This document shows, piece by piece, positions 19,531 through 28,460 of a stretch of DNA of 37,331 bases. Under the pieces are notes generated by a model. The model saw only the letters and a list, made by a program, of their open reading frames with translations, made no database searches and was not told the origin of the DNA. Each line of letters starts with the position of its first letter. The stretch's first letter is position 1. Source of the stretch: an uncultured Fibrobacterales bacterium (lineage in GTDB: Bacteria; Fibrobacterota; Fibrobacteria; Fibrobacterales; CAWVXU01); contig CAWVXU010000018.1 in the NCBI GenBank assembly GCA_963934255.1, positions 1 to 37,331 of the forward strand. Direction: 5' to 3'. The position numbers and the translations under genes were made by a program.

Positions 19531-20436
19531 ATGTGGAAATTGATAAAAGAAAGTGTGTTTTGTCTTCGTGATCATCACGGGACAATCCGGACCGCATCAC
19601 TCACTTATGTGAGTATTTTATCTATTGCTCCTCTGATTATTTTACTTTCAGCAATGGCAGGCCGACTCGACTACATCGGACTTTTACAAGAGTTGATGAT
19701 GGAGTGGAACACTACATACGAAATGAATATACCAGTTAAAAATATTGTTCCGATTATCAAGCAACTTCAAAATGTTAATTTCGGTTCTCTTGGTGTGATA
19801 GGTACACTCTCGCTTTTCTTTACTTTTTGGATGACTCTTCAAAGTCTTGAAACCAATATCAATGCACCTTGGGAATGTAAATCTGCTCGCCCGCTCACAA
19901 TGAGATTTGGACTTTTTGCTCCTTTTATGTGTATTCTTTTTGGGACCATTATCTCGATTAGCCTCTGGCTTGAAGCTATGCGTCATGTCGCAGCTCAAAA
20001 GCTAGACCTCTATGTGATGGAGATGAGTAGTTCCAATAGTACAATTTGGGTTGGGGGAGGGATAGCTACTGCTTTCGTTTTCGCTCTGTTTGTTTTCTTG
20101 TATTTTTGTTATGTCAGCTTGCCTCGGACCAAAGTCATACTCACCTATACAGCTTGGGTCTCCTTGGCAACATCAATTGTCATGGTCCTCATGATAGGCG
20201 GAATCATCAGTCTTCAAGGTTGGATGTTTAGTCGTTACTCAGCTATCTATGGATCCTTTGCCATCTTACCTACCATCGCCATTGGACTTTGGCTTTTCTG
20301 GTTTATAGTGCTTGTCGGTAATGCTGTTAACATACAACTCCATCTTAAAGCAGGTTGGAATCACTCGTTTGCCTATCCAAATAAAACTAGGTTTCAACCC
20401 AAGGATCATAAGTTGATTCCTAAGGTTAAGGATTAA
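19531..20436 (+). CDS. yihY: YihY/BrkB-family membrane protein
   Basis: ASLTYVSILSIAP, LETNINAPW, YSAIYGSFAILP..LWLFWFIVLVG; about 6 TM. Confidence 0.88.
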   Translation: MWKLIKESVFCLRDHHGTIRTASLTYVSILSIAPLIILLSAMAGRLDYIGLLQELMMEWNTTYEMNIPVKNIVPIIKQLQNVNFGSLGVIGTLSLFFTFWMTLQSLETNINAPWECKSARPLTMRFGLFAPFMCILFGTIISISLWLEAMRHVAAQKLDLYVMEMSSSNSTIWVGGGIATAFVFALFVFLYFCYVSLPRTKVILTYTAWVSLATSIVMVLMIGGIISLQGWMFSRYSAIYGSFAILPTIAIGLWLFWFIVLVGNAVNIQLHLKAGWNHSFAYPNKTRFQPKDHKLIPKVKD

Positions 20437-20473
20437 GATCATAAGCATTAAAAATTAGTGCTAAGATGAAGAG

Positions 20474-21190
20474 CTAAAGAAACACTTCCGATAATTCAAA
20501 AGTCTGTACTTGAGATTCATTAAGCTTATAAACATCATTGGCATCCCATGACTTCGCTTCATGTATTAAGCGAGCCGTCACTTCGCTAGCATGAATGGGC
20601 CGGTATTTACGCAAGCCTGGAATAAAACCTAATAACGGCATCAATACCGCACCAAATTTCTCACCCAAACGAAAATGATCACGCTCACCTAAAAGTAAAC
20701 TCGGACGCACTATCGTCAATTGCTCCCAATTAAATTCTTTCAGCATGTCTTCTAGCTCGCCCTTCATTTTCAAATAGGGAGATTTAGCCTGAGCCTGAGC
20801 CATTGAAGATGAAACTAATTGCAATCGCCTCACACCAAGCTGAAAACACGACTGGGCAACTTTATATTGCATGTCGACATCAACTAAGCGCTGACCCTCA
20901 ATTGAACCAGCACGCTTGATGGTAGTGCCAAGAGCAGAGAATAAAACTGTCTTATGAGAAACCTCAGTAATTTTTGAGGAGACTAGTTTTTCAAAGTATT
21001 TAGATCCACCTTTAGCCAAAAGCTTCTCAAAATCAATTACCAAGGCTTGAACCTTATTGGCGTCAAATTGAACAGGTTGACGCACGAGTGCAAGTACTTG
21101 GGTAAATGCGTCCTCATCTTGCAGAGCTTGAATAATGTGGGAACCCACTAGACCTGTGGCACCAAGGATAATAGCCGTTTGATTATTCAT
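20474..21190 (-). CDS. NAD(P)-binding Rossmann protein (YraR/TIP30-like)
   Basis: GATGLVG, LGTTIKRAGS, VSS..A, YLKMKGELE, RPSLLLGER..R.GE. Confidence 0.88.
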   Translation of the reverse strand: MNNQTAIILGATGLVGSHIIQALQDEDAFTQVLALVRQPVQFDANKVQALVIDFEKLLAKGGSKYFEKLVSSKITEVSHKTVLFSALGTTIKRAGSIEGQRLVDVDMQYKVAQSCFQLGVRRLQLVSSSMAQAQAKSPYLKMKGELEDMLKEFNWEQLTIVRPSLLLGERDHFRLGEKFGAVLMPLLGFIPGLRKYRPIHASEVTARLIHEAKSWDANDVYKLNESQVQTFELSEVFL

Positions 21191-21288
21191 AATACACCCT
21201 CATAAGTCAACCTTATCAACATGTTAGTTGGAGATAAACAGAACTGGTCGGTTTAAATAATCAAGATTCAAATTTTGACTGTTAAAGT

Positions 21289-21759
21289 CTATGCGAGCTC
21301 TTGACCTATAACTTCAATAGATTGAGTTTGGTTAGAAGCAGCACTGCCACGATGCGCAAGTGCATGGCTAACCAAAACCTTGTCATTAAGAAGTGCTTCA
21401 AGCTCAGCATCATTAGTTGTGAATTCAAATTCATCGCGGATCAATGTGCGATTTTTGAAATCTTCAACAAAATGATGCGCGTTGAAATGAGTCAGTGAAG
21501 TCTCAGGGCCTTCACAAAGAATCACAAGAAGTTTTGATGGTGAAGAAAATGGCTGAAGTATAGCTGACCAAGAGTATTGCTTCAATCCAGCTTGAAGTCT
21601 ATACTGCACCACAGAACCAGCCTGAAGCTCACCTTCGACCCAATAGCTCAGAGTTGAACCCTCTGTCGCCATACTTACAACTGCAGGTGCAGTTAAAAAA
21701 CGTTCAAATACGTCTTTTGATGGCTGAGGAACAATCGATGATTGGGCAAAATATGGCAT
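21289..21759 (-). CDS. SRPBCC-like hypothetical protein
   Basis: Pattern Y.WSA.L...GP...F...H......TLIRDEFEF; AGGAG RBS favours ATG 21759. Confidence 0.6.
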   Translation of the reverse strand: MPYFAQSSIVPQPSKDVFERFLTAPAVVSMATEGSTLSYWVEGELQAGSVVQYRLQAGLKQYSWSAILQPFSSPSKLLVILCEGPETSLTHFNAHHFVEDFKNRTLIRDEFEFTTNDAELEALLNDKVLVSHALAHRGSAASNQTQSIEVIGQELA

Positions 21760-21884
21760 AAACACTACTCCTAGTATATCAGGAATATAGTTATTTCAAT
21801 CTCAGATGAAAGTGAGTTTTTTACTCTTCATACTAAGAACATCTCTATCTCCTTTTATGACAATGAATTAACTAGATTTATTTT

Positions 21885-23057
21885 ATGACACAAGTTAAGA
21901 ATTCATATATCGCAATGGCCCGAAAATGGCGCCCACACTCTTTTGTGGAACTTACCGGTCAAGAGCATGTCGCTCAGACTCTGCGCAATGCCATTGAAGG
22001 TGATCGCCTTGCTCATGCCTTTTTATTTACTGGTACGCGTGGCGTTGGCAAAACAACATCAGCTCGCATCTTAGCTCGTACGCTCAATTGTAAAGACAAA
22101 GCAGATGTCCTAGTGCCATGTGGTCAATGTCAAAGCTGTAAAGAAATCGACACCGGTTCCTCCATGGATGTCATCGAAATTGATGGAGCATCCAATAACG
22201 GTGTGGATGATATCCGCGAATTAATTGAACAAGTCAAATATGCATCGATGGATGGAGGCTATCGTGTGATCGTCATTGATGAAGTTCACATGCTTACCCC
22301 TGCTGCTTTTAACGCACTTTTAAAAACTCTTGAGGAGCCACCTCAAGGTGTACTCTTCATCTTCGCTACAACTGAAGTCAACAAAGTTCCACAGACGATA
22401 TTGTCTCGTGTGCAGAAGTTTGATTTCAAAAGAATTGGACCCGGCGCCATCAAGGACCGTCTTGTATACATCTGTGGTCAAGAGTCTATTGAATTTGAAG
22501 AAGAAGCTCTCAGTATTATTTCTGAAAAAGCCGACGGCTCGATGCGTGATGCTCTCACGTTCTTTGATCAGGTATACGCATTTAGCGGCAAAAACCTCAC
22601 GACTGCTGCGACCCTCAAAATTTTAGGCATCCCTCCTGAAGAACTTTTCTTCAATCTCATGGACGCCATAGCAAATCACAACCAATCATCTTGCCAACAA
22701 ACCATTGGTCAATTTTTGGAACGTGGTTTAGAGATCTCTGACTTCTTAAATGGCTTGTTGAAGTTTCAACGCAATTTACTTTATGCTCGAATCAAGGGTA
22801 TTCAAGCTGTAGACATCGGTCTCAGCGACGAAGGCTTTGCTAAGCTAGAGCCATTATCAAGCCAATTTGGCCATGGTGACCTTCTGAGGCTCGCCAAAAT
22901 GACCTCTGACTTGATCTTCCAAGTTAAATCAGCTCCACAGCCTCGTATCACTCTTGAAATGGGTATTGCGCGGATGGCTTACCTTGATCGCACCGAAACC
23001 CTTCGGGAATTGATGAAAAAGTTGGACCAAGCCGATACGGTAAAAAAAAACTCCTAA
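21885..23057 (+). CDS. dnaX: DNA polymerase III gamma/tau, gamma-length product (0 frame)
   Basis: ARKWRP, GTRGVGKTT (Walker A), Cys4 zinc module, IDEVH, SR, DGSMRDAL; stops after domain III at the A9 run. Confidence 0.97.
   Translation: MTQVKNSYIAMARKWRPHSFVELTGQEHVAQTLRNAIEGDRLAHAFLFTGTRGVGKTTSARILARTLNCKDKADVLVPCGQCQSCKEIDTGSSMDVIEIDGASNNGVDDIRELIEQVKYASMDGGYRVIVIDEVHMLTPAAFNALLKTLEEPPQGVLFIFATTEVNKVPQTILSRVQKFDFKRIGPGAIKDRLVYICGQESIEFEEEALSIISEKADGSMRDALTFFDQVYAFSGKNLTTAATLKILGIPPEELFFNLMDAIANHNQSSCQQTIGQFLERGLEISDFLNGLLKFQRNLLYARIKGIQAVDIGLSDEGFAKLEPLSSQFGHGDLLRLAKMTSDLIFQVKSAPQPRITLEMGIARMAYLDRTETLRELMKKLDQADTVKKNS
23042..23050 (+). other. A9 slippery run (transcriptional slippage or -1 frameshift site) in dnaX
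   Basis: GTA AAA AAA AAC TCC TAA; the -1 frame is open from 22988 to 23623. Confidence 0.8.
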
Positions 23058-23623
23058 TTCCTAGTGAGCCCGTTGTTGCCCCTAAGACGATCACAGTCGG
23101 TGGCAAAGCTTCAAAAACGAATGAATCCAAATATCCCAATGTTCATTACTCAGTGGTTGATATCAATCACTCCTGGGAGCTCATACTCCAAGATTTCAAT
23201 AATTTTGAACCCTTTCTCGCTACTCTCCTGAGTGAGACACTCCCATCCAAATCAGACTATACTGCTGATCCTTATGATTTAACAATCACCTTCCCATTTA
23301 GTAAGGAAGCAAACTACGAGTATTTCACATCCAATAGGGATAATGTCGTGAAGTTCGTTGACTACTTACAGGAGATTTTAGACACAGCAATTCGCTTGTC
23401 TATTAAGTTAGAAGCGGTCTCTCTTGAGCATAAGGAAAAGGTCAAAGAGCAACACAGAAATGCAAATTCTAAGGATTATCTTTTTATATTAGAAAAAGAG
23501 AAATATCCGTTATTACAATTAGTGCAGGATTACTTTAACACAGACTTTAAAGGCACCTATACGATTGAGGCTAAAAAACCAGAAACAAAGGACAAATTCG
23601 ATGAACATGCAGAAGATGCTTAA
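23042..23623 (+). CDS. dnaX: Tau-specific C-terminal part of DnaX (-1 frame continuation)
   Basis: KKKLLIPSEPVVAPK...YSVVDINHSWELIL...LQLVQDYFNTDF is continuous with ORF 23153..23623; Pro-rich linker, then a tau-CTD-like pattern; lies between dnaX and ybaB. Confidence 0.78.
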   Translation, partial: KKKLLIPSEPVVAPKTITVGGKASKTNESKYPNVHYSVVDINHSWELILQDFNNFEPFLATLLSETLPSKSDYTADPYDLTITFPFSKEANYEYFTSNRDNVVKFVDYLQEILDTAIRLSIKLEAVSLEHKEKVKEQHRNANSKDYLFILEKEKYPLLQLVQDYFNTDFKGTYTIEAKKPETKDKFDEHAEDA

Positions 23624-23912
23624 AGAAATGCAAAAAATGCAGGGCAAGTTACAAGAAGCTCAAAGTGACCTTGAAACTCAAAGTTTTACTGCTGAAGCTG
23701 GTGGTGGTATGGTAAAAATTACAGTCAATGGCAAAGGTGCTTTGACTGACCTTAAACTAGATCCTGAAGCTGTTGACCCTGATGATGTAGAAGCTCTAGA
23801 AGATCTTTTGATTGCTGCTTTTAATCAAGCTATTGCTGATAAAGATTCTGCTTCTCAAAATGCTATTGGTGGATTAACTCAGGGGATGAATATCCCTGGA
23901 ATGCCTTTCTAG
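23601..23912 (+). CDS. ybaB: YbaB/EbfC nucleoid-associated protein
   Basis: MQKMQ, AGGGMVKITVNG, VDPDDVEALEDLLIAAFNQA; AAGGA RBS supports start 23601. Confidence 0.95.
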   Translation: MNMQKMLKEMQKMQGKLQEAQSDLETQSFTAEAGGGMVKITVNGKGALTDLKLDPEAVDPDDVEALEDLLIAAFNQAIADKDSASQNAIGGLTQGMNIPGMPF

Positions 23913-23945
23913 TTTAGTCAAAATTAATCTAGTTTTGATTTTATG

Positions 23946-23970
23946 AGCACCTCAATGAGGTGCTTTTTTT
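23946..23970 (+). terminator. Intrinsic terminator
   Basis: AGCACCTC-AAT-GAGGTGCT plus T run. Confidence 0.9.
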
Positions 23971-24024
23971 ATCTATAGTTTTGAATGATTATCATCATGA
24001 ACAACCGTCCCAAGGCACAAGCTA

Positions 24025-24702
24025 ATGAAAACAGACTCAACTACTTGTCCACTTTGCCAAGATGACAAATCAAAACATTATCACGAAGATTCTAGACGGA
24101 CTTATCTGCATTGCCTGAGATGTGACTTAGTTTATGTACCTCAAAAATTTCATCTCAGCTCACATGATGAAAAATTATGCTACGACCTGCACGAAAACAA
24201 CCCCGAAGATTCAGGTTATAGAAAATTCCTTTCAAGGTTGTCAGAACCAATGATTACTCGATTAAATCAGCAACATCGACTAACTCAATCAAACGAGTTA
24301 GGAGTTGGACTTGATTTTGGTTGTGGCCCAGGCCCCACTCTTTCGGTGATGATGGAAGAGGCTGGATACCAAGTCAACCTATACGATATTTATTATCAAA
24401 CAGATAAGTCAGTATTAGAGCAGAGGTATGATTTCATTACAAGTACAGAAGTTTTTGAACACCTTGCTGATCCATTTACTCAAATCACTCGCCTAATGAG
24501 CATACTCAAACCAGGCGGATTTCTTGGTCTCATGACCAAACTGATTCAATCACCAGAAAAATTTAAAACTTGGCACTACATCATGGACGACACTCACATC
24601 ACATATTTTAGCCAAAAGAGTTTTATGTGGCTAGCTCGAAGACTGGAATCTGAAGTTGAATTCATAGGAAATGACGTCATCATCTTACAAAAAAAAGACT
24701 GA
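24025..24702 (+). CDS. Class I SAM-dependent methyltransferase with N-terminal zinc ribbon
   Basis: CPLC..CLRC, LDFGCGPGP, YDFITSTEVFEH, WHYIMDDTHI. Confidence 0.9.
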   Translation: MKTDSTTCPLCQDDKSKHYHEDSRRTYLHCLRCDLVYVPQKFHLSSHDEKLCYDLHENNPEDSGYRKFLSRLSEPMITRLNQQHRLTQSNELGVGLDFGCGPGPTLSVMMEEAGYQVNLYDIYYQTDKSVLEQRYDFITSTEVFEHLADPFTQITRLMSILKPGGFLGLMTKLIQSPEKFKTWHYIMDDTHITYFSQKSFMWLARRLESEVEFIGNDVIILQKKD

Positions 24703-24725
24703 TTCTTAATGAGAACCAGTCTTTT
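24689..24725 (-). terminator. Intrinsic terminator of the dxs-LRR transcript (probably bidirectional)
   Basis: Minus strand AAAAGACTGGTTCT...AGAATCAGTCTTTTTTTT with a G-U pair. Confidence 0.75.
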
Positions 24726-24768
24726 ACATTTTAATTTTTAACGCTATTGCTATTGCTTATCCTAATAC

Positions 24769-25530
24769 TTAATTGTCAATTTTATCAAAAACAATCTTTA
24801 GGTCCTCACGAATCATGTGCGTAGGAGCTTTTTTCATTTTGTTCCCGGTTAAGCTGATCAAAGTGAGGTTTTTCAAATGACCAATCTCAGCAGGAAGTAA
24901 CTTAATTTGATTATCATCAAGCATGATTTCTTTCAGGTTCTCTAAGCCGCTAATGCTCTCAGGGATTTCTTCAATCATATTACCTGAGATAACAAATTCC
25001 TCAAGCAGTGACAAATCTCCAATAGAACTTGGGATGGAAGCAATATCATTATTATCTAGATAAAGCTTAACAAGTCCTGTGCAGTTTCCAATGTTTTCTG
25101 GGATTGCAGGGATCATGTTATCATGAAGTGAAAGTTTTTGTAAATTTTTGATTTCAAAAAGCCCTTTAGGTAGTTCAACTAATGAATTTTTTGCAACATT
25201 TAATCGATTGAGTTTGGTTAATTTTGAAATCGAGTTAGGTAATTCCGTTAAGAAATTATAGCCTACATAAAGATTTTCAAGATGAGCCAATTGACCAATT
25301 TCCTCAGGTAAGCTCATGAGGTCATTTTCACTCAATGAAAGGCTTTTCAAATTAGTCAGCTGGCCTACTTCTTCGGGCAGGTCAACCAAATCATTTCCAT
25401 CGATTATAAGTTCTTCAAGTTCTGTTAGCTCCCAAAGCTCGACTGGTAAGATGTGTAGTTTCTCATTTTTGATATCAAAAACTTTTGTGCCTGATTTCTT
25501 GGCCTCGGCAATTTTCTCTAAAATAGTCAT
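24769..25530 (-). CDS. Leucine-rich repeat protein
   Basis: About 9-10 repeats of 23 aa, LxxLxLxxNxLxxLPxxIG; GGAG RBS supports start 25530, 8 nt after the dxs stop. Confidence 0.93.
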   Translation of the reverse strand: MTILEKIAEAKKSGTKVFDIKNEKLHILPVELWELTELEELIIDGNDLVDLPEEVGQLTNLKSLSLSENDLMSLPEEIGQLAHLENLYVGYNFLTELPNSISKLTKLNRLNVAKNSLVELPKGLFEIKNLQKLSLHDNMIPAIPENIGNCTGLVKLYLDNNDIASIPSSIGDLSLLEEFVISGNMIEEIPESISGLENLKEIMLDDNQIKLLPAEIGHLKNLTLISLTGNKMKKAPTHMIREDLKIVFDKIDN

Positions 25531-25538
25531 ATTAGCTC

Positions 25539-27443
25539 CTATAATAACTGCTGACGAACAGCTTCTAAAATTTTCTCTGGTGAATATCCACAATCGTGAT
25601 GTAATTCTTCTTGGCCACCGTGCTCAATAAATTCATCCGGTATACCTAATCTCACAAGGGGTTGCGTAAACCGATGTTCTGACATAAACTCAAGGATTGC
25701 ACTTCCCATTCCACCCATAATACACCCATCTTCAACCGTGATAAATTTCTTGTATTTGTTCATTGAAAGTGCGAGTAATTTTTCATCAAGTGGTTTGACG
25801 AAACGAAGATCGATATGACCAATAGCAATATCTTCTGCCTTAAGCGTCTTAACAACTTGTTGAGCGTAGTTGCCAACAGTGCCGATTGTGATCACACAAA
25901 GTTCATCGCCTTGAGACAATTCACGTGCAGTTCCCACTTCAATATTTTGCATAGGTACACGCCAGTCTAGAGTCACGCCTGCACCTCTTGGATATCTAAT
26001 ACTCCAAGGTGAATCAACTGATTGAGAAGCTGTATACATTAAATGACGAAGCTCTGGCTCATCCATAGGGGCCGACACAACCATATTTGGTATATGACGC
26101 ATATATGCTATATCAAATGCGCCTTGATGTGTTGCACCATCGGCACCTGCTATGCCACCACGGTCAAGACAAAAAACAACCGGTAGTTTTTGAATAGCCA
26201 CATCATGTACAACTTGATCATAAGCTCGTTGCATAAAAGTGGAATAAATATTACAAAATGGAATAACACCTTGAGTTGCAAGTCCAGCAGAGAAAGTCAC
26301 CGCATGTTGCTCTGCAATACCAACATCAAATGCACGGTTCGGCATCTCATCCATCAAAAACTTCATTGAACAACCCGATGGCATTGCCGGAGTCACACCC
26401 ATTATTTTATCATTAGCACGAGCAAGTTCAACCAGAGTATGGCCAAAAACATCTTGATATTTTGGTGGCTTTTTTAGTGTTGGAGCAGGTTTTTCCATGA
26501 CACCTGAATCGGGGTCAAATTTACCTGAAGGTGCATGCCAAGTTAAAGGGTCTTGCTCTGCGCTTGAGAAACCTTTACCTTTTTTGGTACTAATATGAAG
26601 GAGTTTAGGGCCATCAATTTTTTTAAGGTCTTCTAAGATATTAATCAAATGGTTGACATCATTGCCATCAATGGGGCCAAAGTATCTGAATTTAAATGAT
26701 TCAAATAGATTAGATTGTTTGGATATAGCGCCTTTGACTGACTTCTCAACTCGACTAGCAATATCTCTGGCTCCTTTGCCAAATTTACTGAGTTTGCCGA
26801 GGCCTGTCCAAATTTCATCACGAAGCTTGTTATACGGACCAGATGCAATGACATCTACCAAGTATTCGTTAAGTGCACCGACATTGGGGTCAATTGACAT
26901 ATTGTTATCATTGAGTATGACAATAATATTTGATTCCAAAAAGCCTGCATTATTCAAAGCTTCAAAGGCCATACCACCAGTCATGGATCCATCACCAATC
27001 ACAGCAATATGTTGACGGTCTCTATTGCCTGAAGCACGAGAGGCTATCGCCATCCCAAGAGCAGCAGAGATGGAAGTTGAACTATGACCCACACCAAATG
27101 TATCGTACTCTGATTCGGCACGTTTAGGGAAAGGTGCAACCCCCCCCTTGGCTCTATTGGTGTGAAATTCATCACGACGACCCGTTAAAATTTTATGACC
27201 ATATGCTTGGTGGCCAACGTCCCAGACAATTTGGTCATCCGGAGTATTGAAAACATAGTGCAAAGCAACAGTTAATTCAACGACACCAAGCGATGCAGCA
27301 AAATGTCCACCATGTAGGGCAGCATTATTAATGATGAAATCTCGTAGCTCTTGTGACACCTGACCCATTTGGTCGGCGCCTAATTTACGTAGATCTTCTG
27401 GAAGTCCAATCTCTTTGAGGAGGCCTTTGGCTTCAGCTGGCAT
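25539..27443 (-). CDS. dxs: 1-deoxy-D-xylulose-5-phosphate synthase
   Basis: GGHFAASLGVVEL, WDVGHQAY.HK, GDGSMTGG..NDNNMSI, IAEQHAV, YSTFMQRAYDQ, DGATHQG. Confidence 0.98.
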   Translation of the reverse strand: MPAEAKGLLKEIGLPEDLRKLGADQMGQVSQELRDFIINNAALHGGHFAASLGVVELTVALHYVFNTPDDQIVWDVGHQAYGHKILTGRRDEFHTNRAKGGVAPFPKRAESEYDTFGVGHSSTSISAALGMAIASRASGNRDRQHIAVIGDGSMTGGMAFEALNNAGFLESNIIVILNDNNMSIDPNVGALNEYLVDVIASGPYNKLRDEIWTGLGKLSKFGKGARDIASRVEKSVKGAISKQSNLFESFKFRYFGPIDGNDVNHLINILEDLKKIDGPKLLHISTKKGKGFSSAEQDPLTWHAPSGKFDPDSGVMEKPAPTLKKPPKYQDVFGHTLVELARANDKIMGVTPAMPSGCSMKFLMDEMPNRAFDVGIAEQHAVTFSAGLATQGVIPFCNIYSTFMQRAYDQVVHDVAIQKLPVVFCLDRGGIAGADGATHQGAFDIAYMRHIPNMVVSAPMDEPELRHLMYTASQSVDSPWSIRYPRGAGVTLDWRVPMQNIEVGTARELSQGDELCVITIGTVGNYAQQVVKTLKAEDIAIGHIDLRFVKPLDEKLLALSMNKYKKFITVEDGCIMGGMGSAILEFMSEHRFTQPLVRLGIPDEFIEHGGQEELHHDCGYSPEKILEAVRQQLL

Positions 27444-27485
27444 AAATGTCCTTTGCTTCTAATTCTATGTTTAACTTAGAAAAAA

Positions 27486-28445
27486 TCATTTCGAACGGCT
27501 TTCCTTGACCTTATGGCACAGAATACCGTGTGCCACCGACACATTTAAGGATTCAACGCCGCCCGTATCAATACGTACAGCAGCATTAGCCATATCAATA
27601 TACTCGGCTTCAGCTCCGCGGCCTTCATTACCGATCAAAAAGGCTACTTTTTTACGTAATTTAACATCAGCGATGTCAGTTTCTGCATGTGGTGAGGTTG
27701 CAAGTACGGTAAAGCCTTTGTTTTGTAGGAACAAGATGCGCTCAGCCAAGTCAACTTTGGCTTCAAAAGGCATACGCAGCATAGTACCCGAAGACCCACG
27801 AACTACTTTAGGGTTAAATGGATCAACCGTCCCTTTACCCATCACAATTGCGTCCATACCAAAACCAAGTGAAGTACGGAAAATCGCACCTAGGTTACCC
27901 GGGTCCTGAACACCATCAATAAGAGTCACATAACGAGCAGTCTCCCAATTCGGGCGAGTACAGGCTGCGCGACAAACAACCAAGATGCCCTGACCATTGA
28001 CTGTCGTTGAAACTTCTTTAAAGTCAACTTCTTGAAGACATTCAACACGAGTGCCAGTATTTCTTAGGCCTTCAAGTAGTTCCGTGTCAGGATATCCCAC
28101 CGTATAAAGAGTCTGCATAATTGCATCTGGAGTGTGCTCCAAAACGTCTTTGACGCAACGCGTACCTTCCATCAAAAACTGATCTTCTTTTTCACGACCA
28201 CGGTCAGTCTTCAGGCTGATAATTTTTTTGAACCAAGTAGGTGTTTTCTCTTCTTGTGAAAAATCAACTGGAACATGGAATGGTTTTGGAGCGTTCTTTT
28301 GTCTAGAACGCTCTTCTATACCATAAGATTTCTCAGATGATTTTTTAAGCTTATCACCTGCGGTGAAATACGTGTCACGCTCACCAATGTCTGAACGACT
28401 GTGGTCTTTTCCTGAATACATGATTCTGTTTTTTTTGGCCGTCAT
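27486..28445 (-). CDS. TrmH/SpoU-family RNA 2'-O-methyltransferase with charged N-terminal extension
   Basis: VQDPGNLGAIFRT, KVVRGSSG, IGNEGRG, ESLNVSVA. Confidence 0.93.
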   Translation of the reverse strand: MTAKKNRIMYSGKDHSRSDIGERDTYFTAGDKLKKSSEKSYGIEERSRQKNAPKPFHVPVDFSQEEKTPTWFKKIISLKTDRGREKEDQFLMEGTRCVKDVLEHTPDAIMQTLYTVGYPDTELLEGLRNTGTRVECLQEVDFKEVSTTVNGQGILVVCRAACTRPNWETARYVTLIDGVQDPGNLGAIFRTSLGFGMDAIVMGKGTVDPFNPKVVRGSSGTMLRMPFEAKVDLAERILFLQNKGFTVLATSPHAETDIADVKLRKKVAFLIGNEGRGAEAEYIDMANAAVRIDTGGVESLNVSVAHGILCHKVKESRSK

Positions 28446-28460
28446 TATAAATACCTTAAC

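Noticed and set aside
27140..27147. C8 tract in dxs as a phase-variation site
   Set aside because: It encodes in-frame Lys-Gly-Gly-Val of an intact housekeeping gene
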